The notes under the pieces are model-generated. The model had not been told where the DNA came from. It saw only the letters and a program-made list of their open reading frames with translations, and ran no database searches. 64,000 nt of DNA from Terrimicrobiaceae bacterium (GTDB lineage: Bacteria; Verrucomicrobiota; Verrucomicrobiia; Chthoniobacterales; Terrimicrobiaceae), in NCBI GenBank assembly GCA_041752695.1, contig JBGSVZ010000005.1:43126-107125 (forward strand), written 5' to 3'. The translations under genes were made by a program, and so were the position numbers. Positions 46,417-56,517 of the stretch are shown in pieces; positions within the stretch are counted from its first letter, which is position 1, and every line of letters begins with the position of its first letter.

Positions 46417-48198
46417 ATGTCATCTGACAAGTCCGGGTCGGAAATCTGGCCCACACTCCAGCGGTTTTTCCCGTATCTCTTTCCATACTGGCGGAAACTT
46501 TTGGTCATTTTTGTGCTGATTTTGCTGGTGACGGCCTTCGAATTGGTCCGGCCGAAAATCATCGGCATGATCGTGGACGAAGCCGCGGCGGGTCGGTCGT
46601 GGCAGACCGCCATCTGGCTGCTGGCCATCTTTCTGGTTTCTGTGGTGGGGCGCAGCGCCGCTTTGCTGACGCGAAATTTCCTCATGCAGCGGACCGGGAT
46701 GCGGGTCACGTGCGACATGCGGGTGAATATCTTCCGTCACCTGCAGAATCTTTCGCTGCGCTTTTACGATGCCCGGCATACCGGGAAAATCGTCTCCCGC
46801 ATCAGTATTGATACCGGAGCCTTCCACAATCTCGTCACCGGAGCCTCGGTGAATCTGTTGGGCGACCTTGTGATGATCGTCGGCGTGCTGGTGATTCTGC
46901 TGAGCACCAACTGGAAACTCGCGCTTATCACCTACCTGGTTTTGCCGTTTTTTCTCATCAACTACTTCTGGCACAAACGCCGCCTGCGGGTGGAGAGTCG
47001 CCGTCACCGTCGGAACTGGGACAGTGTGCTGAGTTTCCTGCACGAACGAATTTCCAGCACACGTCTCGTCCGGGCCTTCGCCACGGAGGACAGTGAAGTG
47101 GAAGTTTTCCGGCAGCGGATCGAGGCCGATTACGTCAATTTTACGCGGGTGGTCTGGCGCAACTCGCTGCTGAACGTCGGCGCGGATTTTCTCGCCGGTA
47201 TCGGGACATTCATGGTTCTGGGCTACGGGGCGTATTTGGTCATGAACGAGAAGGATTTTTCCGTCGGCGACATGACGAGTTTTATCTTTTTCCTCGCTCT
47301 GCTCTACACACCCATCATCCGCATCGTAGAGTCCAATGCCGTCATCCAACAGGCCGCCACGTCGCTGGAGAAAATCTTCACCCTGCTCGACACCCAGCCG
47401 CACATTCCGGAGAACGACGACCTGCCCCAGCTTCCGAACCTCACAGGGCGGGTCACCTTTGACCATGTCTCGTTTGCTTATCGCCCTCAGCATCCCACCC
47501 TGCGCGAATTGCAGTTTGAGGTCCCCCCTGGCGAAACGTATGCCCTGGTGGGACCCAGCGGATCCGGCAAAACCACCATCATCACCCTGCTGGCGCGTTT
47601 TTACGATCCCACGGAGGGCCGCATTTTGGTCGATGGACAGGACATCAGGAATTTTAACGTCCAGTCCCTCCGGCGCCAGGTCGGGATTGTCATGCAGGAC
47701 AACATCCTTTTTTCCGGCACGATCGCGGATAACATCAAATACGGTCGCCCGGGAGCTTCACACGAGGAAGTCATCAAGGCAGCGGAGGCGGCGAATGCTC
47801 ACGAATTTATCAGCGACCTGCCGCAGGGCTATGAGACCTGGCTGGGCGAACGGGGCGTGCAACTTTCCGGCGGCCAGCGTCAACGCGTCGCCATCGCCCG
47901 GGTGATCTTAAAAAATCCCCGCATCCTGATTCTCGACGAAGCGACGTCTGCCCTCGATACCGAGTCCGAGCGCCAGGTGCAGGAGGCGCTGGATCGCTTG
48001 ATGAAAGGCCGGACCAGCATCGTCATCGCCCACCGCCTCTCGACCGTGATCAACGCGGATAAGATCCTCGTGCTCAAGCAGGGGGTCGTGGTGGAGAGCG
48101 GACGCCACGACGAGTTACTTCGTCAGGACGGCGTCTACCGGCACTTGCACCAATTGCAGTTCGCCAAAAAAACCTCGCCCGAGGAAGTGCCGTCTTGA
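46417..48198 (+). CDS. ABC exporter, fused permease/ATPase (MsbA-like family)
   Basis: 6-TM domain, GPSGSGKT, LSGGQRQR, LDEATSALD and IAHRLST. Confidence 0.93.
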   Translation: MSSDKSGSEIWPTLQRFFPYLFPYWRKLLVIFVLILLVTAFELVRPKIIGMIVDEAAAGRSWQTAIWLLAIFLVSVVGRSAALLTRNFLMQRTGMRVTCDMRVNIFRHLQNLSLRFYDARHTGKIVSRISIDTGAFHNLVTGASVNLLGDLVMIVGVLVILLSTNWKLALITYLVLPFFLINYFWHKRRLRVESRRHRRNWDSVLSFLHERISSTRLVRAFATEDSEVEVFRQRIEADYVNFTRVVWRNSLLNVGADFLAGIGTFMVLGYGAYLVMNEKDFSVGDMTSFIFFLALLYTPIIRIVESNAVIQQAATSLEKIFTLLDTQPHIPENDDLPQLPNLTGRVTFDHVSFAYRPQHPTLRELQFEVPPGETYALVGPSGSGKTTIITLLARFYDPTEGRILVDGQDIRNFNVQSLRRQVGIVMQDNILFSGTIADNIKYGRPGASHEEVIKAAEAANAHEFISDLPQGYETWLGERGVQLSGGQRQRVAIARVILKNPRILILDEATSALDTESERQVQEALDRLMKGRTSIVIAHRLSTVINADKILVLKQGVVVESGRHDELLRQDGVYRHLHQLQFAKKTSPEEVPS

Positions 48199-48230
48199 GA
48201 ATCGGGTCGGACTGGCCTCTACTCCTTCCC

Positions 48231-48623
48231 ATGAATCGGCAAATCTCCCTGGGTATCGTTTTGACTCTCCTCGCAATTTTTGGCTTTGCGGGCTGCGCCA
48301 GCCTGGAATCGGGCAACACCGAACAACTGCTTTCCGCCGCCGGGTTTCGTTCCCGGACGCCGACCACTCCGAAGCAACTGGAAATGTTTGCGGCCATGCC
48401 GCCGTTCAAAATGGAGCGCCGGACCGTGAACGGGAAGGTGGTCTACACGTTTGCCGATCCGAAACGCAATTTGGTGTTTATCGGCGGAGAAGCGGAATAC
48501 CAGCGTTACACCCAGCTTGGTCTCCAGCAGGAGATTTCGATGAACAATCTCGCCGCCGCCCAGATGAACCAGGCGGCCGCCATGAATATGGACGCCTGGG
48601 GTCCTTTGGGCATGTGGTGGTAG
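48231..48623 (+). CDS. Hypothetical lipoprotein
   Basis: Lipobox FAGC; LLSAAGF motif. Confidence 0.75.
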   Translation: MNRQISLGIVLTLLAIFGFAGCASLESGNTEQLLSAAGFRSRTPTTPKQLEMFAAMPPFKMERRTVNGKVVYTFADPKRNLVFIGGEAEYQRYTQLGLQQEISMNNLAAAQMNQAAAMNMDAWGPLGMWW

Positions 48624-48664
48624 GGGCTGGGAGATCGAGGGTCGGAGTTGGAAGATCGGAAGTC
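48623..48664. repeat. GGAGATC-type heptamer tandem repeat
   Basis: ggggctg ggagatc gagggtc ggagttg gaagatc ggaagtc between convergent stop codons. Confidence 0.7.
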
Positions 48665-49279
48665 TTAAAACAACTCCCGCTGCGCCACGGGAGCGAAGCT
48701 CATCCGGTGCAGGGGACACGGTCCGTGCTCGCGGAGGGCGGCGAGATGTTCCGGAGTGCCATATCCCTTGTGATTGCGGAATCCATAGTGGGGATACCTC
48801 TGGTGGGCCTCGTGCATGAGGCGGTCACGCGTGACTTTGGCGATGACGCTGGCCGCAGCGATGGAGTAGCTCAAGCCGTCTCCGCCGACCACGGCGGTCT
48901 GGGCGATGGGAAAATTCCGCACGGGGAGCCCGTCGATCAAGGCGTATTCCGCCGGGCGGCTTAGGGCCCTCACGGCCTCCCGCATGGCTGTGTGGGTGGC
49001 CTGAAGAACATTGATCCGGTCCACGATGGGCGCATCCTGCACAGAAACGGCCCAGAGAACATGAGGCTGCGCGACGAGCTGGTCGTAGAGATCCTCGCGG
49101 GTGGCAGAGGACAGTCTTTTGGAGTCGTCGAGTCCGTCGGGCGCGGAGTGCTCCAGAAAGATCACCGCGGCGGCCACCACCGGGCCCGCCAGGGGACCGC
49201 GTCCCGCTTCGTCGATGCCGGCGACCAAAAAAATGCCCTGCTCCCGGAGAGCACATTCGCGCTCGAAGGAGCAGGGCAT
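48665..49279 (-). CDS. rnhB: Ribonuclease HII
   Basis: GIDEAGRGPLAGPV, DSK, IAAASVIAKVTRD and HKGYGT. Confidence 0.97.
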   Translation of the reverse strand: MPCSFERECALREQGIFLVAGIDEAGRGPLAGPVVAAAVIFLEHSAPDGLDDSKRLSSATREDLYDQLVAQPHVLWAVSVQDAPIVDRINVLQATHTAMREAVRALSRPAEYALIDGLPVRNFPIAQTAVVGGDGLSYSIAAASVIAKVTRDRLMHEAHQRYPHYGFRNHKGYGTPEHLAALREHGPCPLHRMSFAPVAQRELF

Positions 49280-49305
49280 GAAATGAAAACCTTCGGGTGG
49301 GTCGA

Positions 49306-49665
49306 CTACTTGGCGCCGGCGGCTTTTTCCTTCACCGTGGTGGCGGATTTGCCCTTGCGGCTGCGGAGATAATTCAGTTTGGCGCGGCGGACCTCGCCCT
49401 TGCGCTCAATCTCAATCTTGGCGATACGCGGGGAGTGCAGCGGGAATACACGCTCGACACCCTCGCCGTAGCTGACGCGGCGGACGGTGAAGTTGGAGTT
49501 TAAGCCGACGCCCTTGCGGCCAATGACGATGCCGCTGTAAACCTGCACGCGTTCTTTGTCGCCTTCGATGACGCGGGTGTGAACTTTGATGGTGTCACCC
49601 ACGCGGAATTCAGGGACGTCCTTCTTGAACTGTTCGCTTTCGATTTTTTCGATGATGCTGCTCAT
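49306..49665 (-). CDS. rplS: 50S ribosomal protein L19
   Basis: [22 protein letters not shown] and [10 protein letters not shown]. Confidence 0.98.
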   Translation of the reverse strand: MSSIIEKIESEQFKKDVPEFRVGDTIKVHTRVIEGDKERVQVYSGIVIGRKGVGLNSNFTVRRVSYGEGVERVFPLHSPRIAKIEIERKGEVRRAKLNYLRSRKGKSATTVKEKAAGAK

Positions 49666-49745
49666 GACTGTAAAAAGTGGAACTTTCCACCCTGCCGTAG
49701 TTCGGCTTGGGTGGCAAGCGGGACTTTTGGAGATTTTGTTCCGAG

Positions 49746-50462
49746 TTAACTCAGGAGGTCAACCCGGCCGTCCTGAAGTTCGTAGATGCCGCCCACGATC
49801 TTGAGTTTTCCCGCCGCAATGGCTTCCTGGAGAATGGGCGTGGCCGACTGAAGTTTTTTGACGGTGAGCCGGACATTTTGCGCGGTGGCATTGGCCAGCA
49901 GGTCGCCCGGCTGGTCGAGGACGTCCTTCACCGCGGGTCTCAGGGCCTTGATGAGCGAGGGAATGTGGCCGGGGAACTTGGCGCCGTCATTCACGGCTTT
50001 GATCGTGGAATCCACCGCGCCGCAACGCGCATGGCCCAGCACAAGAATGAGGGGAACACCGAGCACGGCCACCCCATATTCAAAGCTGGCGATCGTGTCG
50101 GCGTTGGCAAAGTTTCCGGCCACCCGGCAGACAAAAAGATCTCCCCGGCCAGTGTCGAAGGCGTATTCTGGGGCGATCCGTGAATCCGCGCAGCTCAGGA
50201 TGCCGGCGAAAGGATTTTGTCCGAGTGTGAGTGCGGGACGTTCGGCCAGGAAATCGTGGCGATTCATCGAGCCGGAAACGTAGCGAGCATTCCCCTTGAG
50301 CAGACGCTCCAGCGCGGCGTCGGGAGAAATCACATTCTGAGGCCGTGGCGGAGGGGCGGCTTCAGCTCTCCCGGCCAGTCCGAGTCCGAGGGCGGCTCCG
50401 GCGGCGAGTTTGAGAAAATGGCGGCGGGGAACTTCCGGTGAGGGTGGGCAGTGCTGGCACAT
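49746..50462 (-). CDS. Beta-class carbonic anhydrase with Tat signal
   Basis: RRHFLK twin-arginine motif, CADSR, RVAGN and LGHARCGA. Confidence 0.93.
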   Translation of the reverse strand: MCQHCPPSPEVPRRHFLKLAAGAALGLGLAGRAEAAPPPRPQNVISPDAALERLLKGNARYVSGSMNRHDFLAERPALTLGQNPFAGILSCADSRIAPEYAFDTGRGDLFVCRVAGNFANADTIASFEYGVAVLGVPLILVLGHARCGAVDSTIKAVNDGAKFPGHIPSLIKALRPAVKDVLDQPGDLLANATAQNVRLTVKKLQSATPILQEAIAAGKLKIVGGIYELQDGRVDLLS

Positions 50463-50577
50463 GCCGGGAGATTTTCTGGCCGCGGCCTTATTCGCAAGCG
50501 CGAAATCTCTCCTATGCAACTGTTGTGATTGCTTTCCTTTCCGAGTTCCTAGAGCATCGAGATGTCCCCGGCCGGCC

Positions 50578-52683
50578 ATGAAACTCAGCCTGCGAAAAAA
50601 AATCATGGGCATGATTGTCCTCGTGGGAGGACTCCTGCTCCTCCTGGCCCTCGCCGTAATCTGGACTCTGGGGTACCGCCAACGTGTGGCCGAGCAGGGA
50701 ACAGGCTTTCAAAACGAGGCCACCCATGTCGCCGGAAGCATGCGGCGTGTGGTGGAAAGCGATGTCAGCAGGCTGAATGACCTCATGGTGATCGGGAATT
50801 TGGCGGAACTGGCCGCCGCGGAAAGCCGCCCGTTGGCATCTGTGGCGGAGATGGAGGCTCGCTGGAAAACGTGGTCCGCTACGGAACCCGCCGTGACCGC
50901 GGTGCTGAATAATCCGCTGGCGGATAAGCTCCGCCTTTTTCAGGCGGTCAATCCCCTGGTCGTCGAACTGATTGTCGCCGACGCTACCGGCCGGCTGATT
51001 GCGGCCACTGGAAAAACTTCGGACTACGACCAGTCCGATGAAAGCTGGTGGCGGGACGCCGCTCTCCTCGGCGCGGGAGACGCGGTGCTGGAGGGATTGG
51101 CCTTCGACCAGAGTGCGGGGGTATTTTCGCTCGATTTCGCCCTGCCCTTGCGGAATGTAGAAGGTGGGCTTGTTGGTGTTCTCAAGGCGGTGTTGAATGT
51201 TTCGCCCCTTTTCGCCGGAGTCTCGGTGATGGCAGCTCATGAAGATGCGGTGGGGGAGGTGGTTGGCTCGGACGGACGGATTTTGCTGCGGCTGTCCGAC
51301 AAGGATTTTCTGCCCTCGGGAAAAGTTCTGCCGTCGGAACTCATGGCGCGGATCAGGACCGGCGGCCCGGGGTGGTTCTTCGCCGATTTGAATGGTGGCG
51401 GGCAAAAACTGGCCGGGTTTGCGCCCGTCCAATTTCTGGGCGTCCGGGACCGCGCCGGAAACGTCACGGGGGAGTCCAGCTACGTTCTGGTGCATGAGCC
51501 CGCCTCGGTCGTGCTGGCGCCGTTGTTGCAGCGCGCTTGCGTTCTCATGATTGCCGGCGCGGGCATTATTCTCGTCTGCGGGGGAGTCACCATGTTTCTG
51601 GTAGGTCGGAATTTTTTGACGCCCCTGGAGATCCTGGAAAACGCCGCTGCCGCCCTGGCCGCGACCGCCGGCCCGGGGCTTCAGTCTGCGGGGTCCGGCG
51701 CAACCTCCGACCCCTTGGCCGCCATCGCCGCGGTGGCTGGGATTAAGACGGGTGACGAAATCGAGGACTTTGCCAGAGACTTCGGGGCGATGTCCGCGCG
51801 GCTCATGCGGTATCAGGACGATTTGCGGCGCGAGATTGCGGAAAAAACCGAGGCCATCCAGACCGATCTCGAGATGGCCCGGGAATTCCAGCAGGCGTTC
51901 CTCCCCAGGGCCTACCCCGAGGTCCCCTCCGCGGCGCAGAGCGATTCCCTGACGCTCCATTTTCAGCATGTTTACCGGGCGGCTCTTTCGGTGAGTGGCG
52001 ATTTTTTCGACATCATTAAACTGGGCGACAGCCGTGCGGGAGTGCTGATCGCCGATGTGATGGGCCACGGGACGCGTTCCGCGTTGGTCACCGCCATTCT
52101 GCGCACGCTGCTGCACGGGCTGGCCCGCACGGCCCACGACCCCGCCATGTTCCTGAGTCTGCTCAACCGCAACTTCCACGACACCATGAGGCAGGCCGAT
52201 CAGCTGATTTTTGTCTCCGCCTGTTTTGTTGTGCTCGACACCCGTGACCAGACCCTCCGATTTGCCTCGGCTGGGCACCCAAGCCCCTACATTGGCAATC
52301 GTCTGACCGGCAAGGTGGAGCCCCTGCACGGGTCGCTGAAGGAGAATCCCGCGCTCGGGCTTTTCCCCGAATCCGAATATCGCGAATTCACCCGGCCCCT
52401 TTGCGAGGAGGACCTGCTGCTGCTTTATACCGACGGCATTATCGAAGCTCAAAATGGCGCTGGGGTGGAGTATGGCCGCGAACGCCTCGCCGCCGCGATG
52501 CGCCAACACCTTGAACTGGACCTCGCCGATTTCACCCAAGCGACCCTGGAAAGGGTGTTGGAGTTCACTGCCTATGAACCACCGGCGGACGACCTCTGCC
52601 TTGTGGCGGTTGAAGTGACGGCGAGTGGCGCCCAGCCGTCCGATCGATGGAATTCGCTCCGCGAAGCGGTGATGGAGTTGTAA
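50578..52683 (+). CDS. Membrane sensor with Cache-like/HAMP domains and a SpoIIE (PP2C) phosphatase
   Basis: 2 TM, periplasmic SDYDQSDESWW, GDEIEDFA, SGDFFD, IADVMGHG, YTDGIIE and DDLCLV. Confidence 0.9.
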   Translation: MKLSLRKKIMGMIVLVGGLLLLLALAVIWTLGYRQRVAEQGTGFQNEATHVAGSMRRVVESDVSRLNDLMVIGNLAELAAAESRPLASVAEMEARWKTWSATEPAVTAVLNNPLADKLRLFQAVNPLVVELIVADATGRLIAATGKTSDYDQSDESWWRDAALLGAGDAVLEGLAFDQSAGVFSLDFALPLRNVEGGLVGVLKAVLNVSPLFAGVSVMAAHEDAVGEVVGSDGRILLRLSDKDFLPSGKVLPSELMARIRTGGPGWFFADLNGGGQKLAGFAPVQFLGVRDRAGNVTGESSYVLVHEPASVVLAPLLQRACVLMIAGAGIILVCGGVTMFLVGRNFLTPLEILENAAAALAATAGPGLQSAGSGATSDPLAAIAAVAGIKTGDEIEDFARDFGAMSARLMRYQDDLRREIAEKTEAIQTDLEMAREFQQAFLPRAYPEVPSAAQSDSLTLHFQHVYRAALSVSGDFFDIIKLGDSRAGVLIADVMGHGTRSALVTAILRTLLHGLARTAHDPAMFLSLLNRNFHDTMRQADQLIFVSACFVVLDTRDQTLRFASAGHPSPYIGNRLTGKVEPLHGSLKENPALGLFPESEYREFTRPLCEEDLLLLYTDGIIEAQNGAGVEYGRERLAAAMRQHLELDLADFTQATLERVLEFTAYEPPADDLCLVAVEVTASGAQPSDRWNSLREAVMEL

Positions 52684-53781
52684 ATGATCGGGCTGGCCTT
52701 GCCTTGGACCGATCTCGCCACTCCCACCGTGCTGATCGAGGCGGATGCGATGGAGCGCAACCTTCGTGGTATGCAGGAAGTCTGCAATTCCGCGGGGGTC
52801 GAGCTCTGGCCGCATTGCAAAACCCATAAGCTGGTTCCGGTGTTACGGCGGCAGCTGGCTTTGGGCGCGCAAGGTGCGACCTGCGCGAAGCTGGGCGAGG
52901 CGGAAGCCATGCTGCCCTCCGGTGTGCGGCGAATCTTTGTCGCGCATTCCCTGGCGGACCTGCGGCAGGCTTCGCGGCTGCGGGCCCTGGCCGCGCGACT
53001 GGATCAGCTGGTCCTCGCCGTGACGAGCGAACCCCACTGTGAGGTGCTGGAAGTTTTATTGCAGCAGGCGGAACTTTCTCTTCCGGTGCTGATGGCGGTG
53101 GACACCGGTCTAGGTCGCGAAGGGGTGCGGGGCGCTGCTGAAGCGGCCAGTCTCGGTGCCCGGATCCGGGGCTCCTCCCGCATGGAACTGATCGGGCTGT
53201 TTACGCATGAGGGTCATGCCTACGCGGCCACGTCCGCAGACGAGGCGCTCCAGGTTGCGGTCCGGGCCCACGGAAGGATGGCTGACTGCGCTGCTGCCGT
53301 GGGTGGGGATTTGCCTCTTTGGCCGGGCTGCAGTGTCACCGCCGCCATCATGGCCCGCCAGTCTGGCGTCCAAGCGGTGCGGCCAGGCAGCTACGTTTTT
53401 GGGGATTTGTTTTTGGCGGAGGGCTCCTCCGTCATGCCTCTATCCGACACGGCCCTCACTGTGCTTGCCACGGTGATCGACCGTCCCATGCGGGGCCTTG
53501 CCCTTATCGATGCAGGGTCCAAAATTTTCAGCAGTGACAAAACGGCCGGGGGTCTGGCCGCGCGATGCGTGGAGTTTCCCGGCATCGTGGTGACGCGGCT
53601 AAGTGAAGAACACGGGTTCCTCAGTGGTCCGGGAGTGGATGATCTTGATCTGGGGAGTCGCCTGCGGTTTGTTCCCGCCCACGTTTGTCCGGTGGTCAAT
53701 CTCGTTTCCCAGGTCCACCTCGTGCGAGATGCGGAGGTCCTGGAAACCTGGACGGTCGACGGCCGGGGCCGCTCGGACTAG
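52684..53781 (+). CDS. Fold-type III PLP enzyme (D-threonine aldolase/D-serine dehydratase family)
   Basis: TPTVLI, PHCKTHK, DTGLGREG, RPGSYVFGD, DAGSK, SEEHG and PAHVCP. Confidence 0.88.
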   Translation: MIGLALPWTDLATPTVLIEADAMERNLRGMQEVCNSAGVELWPHCKTHKLVPVLRRQLALGAQGATCAKLGEAEAMLPSGVRRIFVAHSLADLRQASRLRALAARLDQLVLAVTSEPHCEVLEVLLQQAELSLPVLMAVDTGLGREGVRGAAEAASLGARIRGSSRMELIGLFTHEGHAYAATSADEALQVAVRAHGRMADCAAAVGGDLPLWPGCSVTAAIMARQSGVQAVRPGSYVFGDLFLAEGSSVMPLSDTALTVLATVIDRPMRGLALIDAGSKIFSSDKTAGGLAARCVEFPGIVVTRLSEEHGFLSGPGVDDLDLGSRLRFVPAHVCPVVNLVSQVHLVRDAEVLETWTVDGRGRSD

Positions 53782-53789
53782 GGGCGCGC

Positions 53790-54173
53790 CTATTCGGAAT
53801 CGGTGCCGGAGTTTTTTAGGGTGTCACCGAAGCTCTTGGCCCCTTCCTTAAAAGCCTCGCCGATGCCCTGGATGGCGTTCTTGGCGTCGTTGAGGGTCTT
53901 GGCGAGTTTCGCCGCCTGATATTCCCCTTGCAGCCCGGCGTACTGGCGTCGGAGGAGATCGGCTTGGATGGAATCCTTCCCTTCGGTTTTGGCGATCTGT
54001 TCCTCAAGCTTGGCAAAGTGGGTTTCGATCTCCGCCTGTTTTTTCGCGTCGGGGGCGGTCTTGAAAGCCGCGATCTCAGCACGCAGGGTGTCGATCGTGC
54101 GCTGCGGACTGTCGCATCCGGCGAGGGTGAACACCGCGAGAAGGAGGACGACCAAATTTCGGAAATTTTTCAC
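53790..54173 (-). CDS. Hypothetical helical lipoprotein
   Basis: Lipobox LAGC; coiled-coil body. Confidence 0.75.
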   Translation of the reverse strand: MKNFRNLVVLLLAVFTLAGCDSPQRTIDTLRAEIAAFKTAPDAKKQAEIETHFAKLEEQIAKTEGKDSIQADLLRRQYAGLQGEYQAAKLAKTLNDAKNAIQGIGEAFKEGAKSFGDTLKNSGTDSE

Positions 54174-54267
54174 AGGCGGTCAGGGTGGGGGAGAACGTTG
54201 GGGTTTTCAAACTCAAACGATCATGGCGGGAATTGCGTTGCGCGCGGCTTCCTGCTTGGGTCGGCGG

Positions 54268-54900
54268 ATGGAAGGATCCCGTCGTCCCATCAAATCCCGC
54301 AACACGCGCTGGGCGGCGTCCATCGCCGGTCTTCTGACCAAGAGCGGCATCCGGCCGAATCAGATTTCCGTGGCAAGCGCGGTGTTTGGGGCGGCCGCGG
54401 GGGCATCGTTGGCCGCAACGGGGGCGGGTTGGTGGTGGTTCCTTGTCGCCGCGGTTTGCATTCAGGCGCGTCTGCTCTGCAATTTGTTCGATGGCATGGT
54501 GGCGGTGGAAGGCGGATTCCGCACCAAGTCGGGGGAAATTTTCAATGAATTGCCCGACCGGTTTGCCGATGCGTTCATCTTTATCGGGGCCGGGTATGCC
54601 GCGATGGTGACGCCCTGGAGCGCAGGGCTGGGATGGACCTGCGCGGTGCTGGCCGTGCTGACCGCTTACGTGCGTGCGCTTGGGGCCTCGGCGGGAGCGG
54701 GACAGGATTTTTGCGGACCCATGGCGAAGCAGCACCGCATGGCGGTGATGACCGCCGCCTGTGTCCTTGCTGCGGCGCTGGGGGTGATTGGTATCGCCTT
54801 TCCCGTGATCACGCTGGCACTTGCCGTAATCGCCCTGGGTTGCCTTGTCACGGTCTTTCGCCGCACGGCGCGTATCGTGCGGGCGCTGGAGGTCCGATGA
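54268..54900 (+). CDS. CDP-alcohol phosphatidyltransferase family protein
   Basis: PNQIS, NLFDGMVA...GEIFNELPDRFAD and GPMAKQHRM. Confidence 0.88.
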   Translation: MEGSRRPIKSRNTRWAASIAGLLTKSGIRPNQISVASAVFGAAAGASLAATGAGWWWFLVAAVCIQARLLCNLFDGMVAVEGGFRTKSGEIFNELPDRFADAFIFIGAGYAAMVTPWSAGLGWTCAVLAVLTAYVRALGASAGAGQDFCGPMAKQHRMAVMTAACVLAAALGVIGIAFPVITLALAVIALGCLVTVFRRTARIVRALEVR

Positions 54901-55496
54901 GCGCGAGGGTGGCTTTTTTGATTCGCCTGCTCACCGGAGCAAACGCGCGGTGGTTGGGCGCGGAGCCGGTGGCCCGGCAGCGGATTTACTTTGCGAATCA
55001 CACGAGCACGTTGGATGCGGCGGTGCTTTGGGCGGCGTTGCCGTCGCACATCCGCGCGAAAACGCGCCCGGTCGCGGCCAAGGACTATTGGTCTTCGGGA
55101 CGGTTGCGGCCGTGGCTGGCTGACCATGTCTTCCGGGCGCTGCTGATTGAGCGCCGAAAGGTGACGGCGGAAAACAACCCCCTGCGTGCCATGCTGGCGG
55201 TGCTGGAGGCGGGGGAGTCACTCATCATTTTTCCGGAGGGCGGGCGTTTTTCCGGTCCCGAGCCGCAGCCTTTCAAAGGCGGTCTTTATCACCTCGCCAA
55301 GGATCGGCCGAAGACGGAACTCGTTCCGATTTACCTGGAAAACCTCAACCGTATCCTGCCGAAGGGAGAGATCGTTTTTGTCCCCCTCCTCGGCAGCATC
55401 ACGGTGGGAAAACCGCTGCGGCTGGAGCCCGGCGAAACGAAAGCGGATTTTCTCGCCAGAGCGCGCGAGGCGGTTTGGTGTCTGCGGCTGACCTAA
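54897..55496 (+). CDS. Lysophospholipid acyltransferase (PlsC-like)
   Basis: ANHTSTLD, AAKDYW and IFPEG; ATGA overlap. Confidence 0.9.
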   Translation: MSARVAFLIRLLTGANARWLGAEPVARQRIYFANHTSTLDAAVLWAALPSHIRAKTRPVAAKDYWSSGRLRPWLADHVFRALLIERRKVTAENNPLRAMLAVLEAGESLIIFPEGGRFSGPEPQPFKGGLYHLAKDRPKTELVPIYLENLNRILPKGEIVFVPLLGSITVGKPLRLEPGETKADFLARAREAVWCLRLT

Positions 55497-55501
55497 AAAA
55501 T

Positions 55502-56452
55502 ATGACGCTGTTATTTGATCGGGAAACCGGGTGGCTGGTGGGGGGCGTGATCGCCATGCTGGTGCTGGCGAGCTTGGCTGGCTGGCTGCTAGCCCGGCGG
55601 CCGGGGGACGAAGGATATCGCAAAACCATCGCGAATCTCAACGCCCGCACCAAGGCCTGGTGGATGATGGTGGCGATCTTTTTCCTCGCGATGTTGAGCG
55701 GTGGCATCGGGTCGGTGGTTCTGTTTGGGCTGACCTCATTCCTCGCGCTGCGGGAATTTCTCACCATGGCTCCGACCCGCCCGGGCGATCACCGTACGCT
55801 TTTCTGGGCCTTCTTTATCATCACCCCGGTGCAGTATTGGCTGGTGGCGACGGACTGGTATGGTCTCTTCGCCATTTTTATTCCGGTCTATGCCTTTCTT
55901 TTTGTCCCCCTGCGCAGCGTGCTTTGCGGGGATACGGAAAACTTCCTCCAACGCACGGCGACGATTCAATGGGCACTGATGATCTGTGTCTATTGCGTCA
56001 GCCACGCGCCGGCCCTGCTGACCCTGGACATTCCGGGTTACGAGGGTCAGAACGGCAAACTCCTCTTTTATTTTGTTCTGGTGGTTCAAGCCAGTGACGT
56101 CCTGCAATACATTTGGGGCAAAACCTGCGGAAAACATAAGATCGTTCCCCTGGTCAGCCCGAATAAAACCTGGGAGGGATTTGTTGGCGGCGTGCTTTCC
56201 GCAACCCTGCTGGGCACGGCGCTGTGGTGGGCGACGCCGTTCACTCCGTGGCAGGCGGCGGGAATGTCGCTGGTCATTACTCTGCTCGGGTTCGCGGGGG
56301 GATTGGTCATGTCCGCCATCAAACGTGACCGCGGGGTGAAAGATTATGGCTCGCTGATCGAGGGGCATGGCGGGGTGATGGACCGGATGGATTCGCTCTG
56401 CTTTTCCGCGCCGGTGTTTTTTCATCTGGTGCGGTATTTTTTCACGGTCTGA
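55502..56452 (+). CDS. Phosphatidate cytidylyltransferase (YnbB-like)
   Basis: SDVLQYIWGK, SPNKTWEG, SAIKRDRGVKD and GHGGVMDRMDS. Confidence 0.92.
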   Translation: MTLLFDRETGWLVGGVIAMLVLASLAGWLLARRPGDEGYRKTIANLNARTKAWWMMVAIFFLAMLSGGIGSVVLFGLTSFLALREFLTMAPTRPGDHRTLFWAFFIITPVQYWLVATDWYGLFAIFIPVYAFLFVPLRSVLCGDTENFLQRTATIQWALMICVYCVSHAPALLTLDIPGYEGQNGKLLFYFVLVVQASDVLQYIWGKTCGKHKIVPLVSPNKTWEGFVGGVLSATLLGTALWWATPFTPWQAAGMSLVITLLGFAGGLVMSAIKRDRGVKDYGSLIEGHGGVMDRMDSLCFSAPVFFHLVRYFFTV

Positions 56453-56517
56453 CCCTGAGGTCCGCGTAAGGGTGGTTGTAGCTGACAAGCCGTGGCCTTG
56501 AGGCTATCGGTGGAGCT

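Noticed and set aside
46417..48198. ABC protein as the missing ModC
   Set aside because: It is a fused 6-TM exporter without a TOBE domain.
50512..52827. 771-aa minus-strand ORF
   Set aside because: Antisense shadow of the SpoIIE sensor gene.
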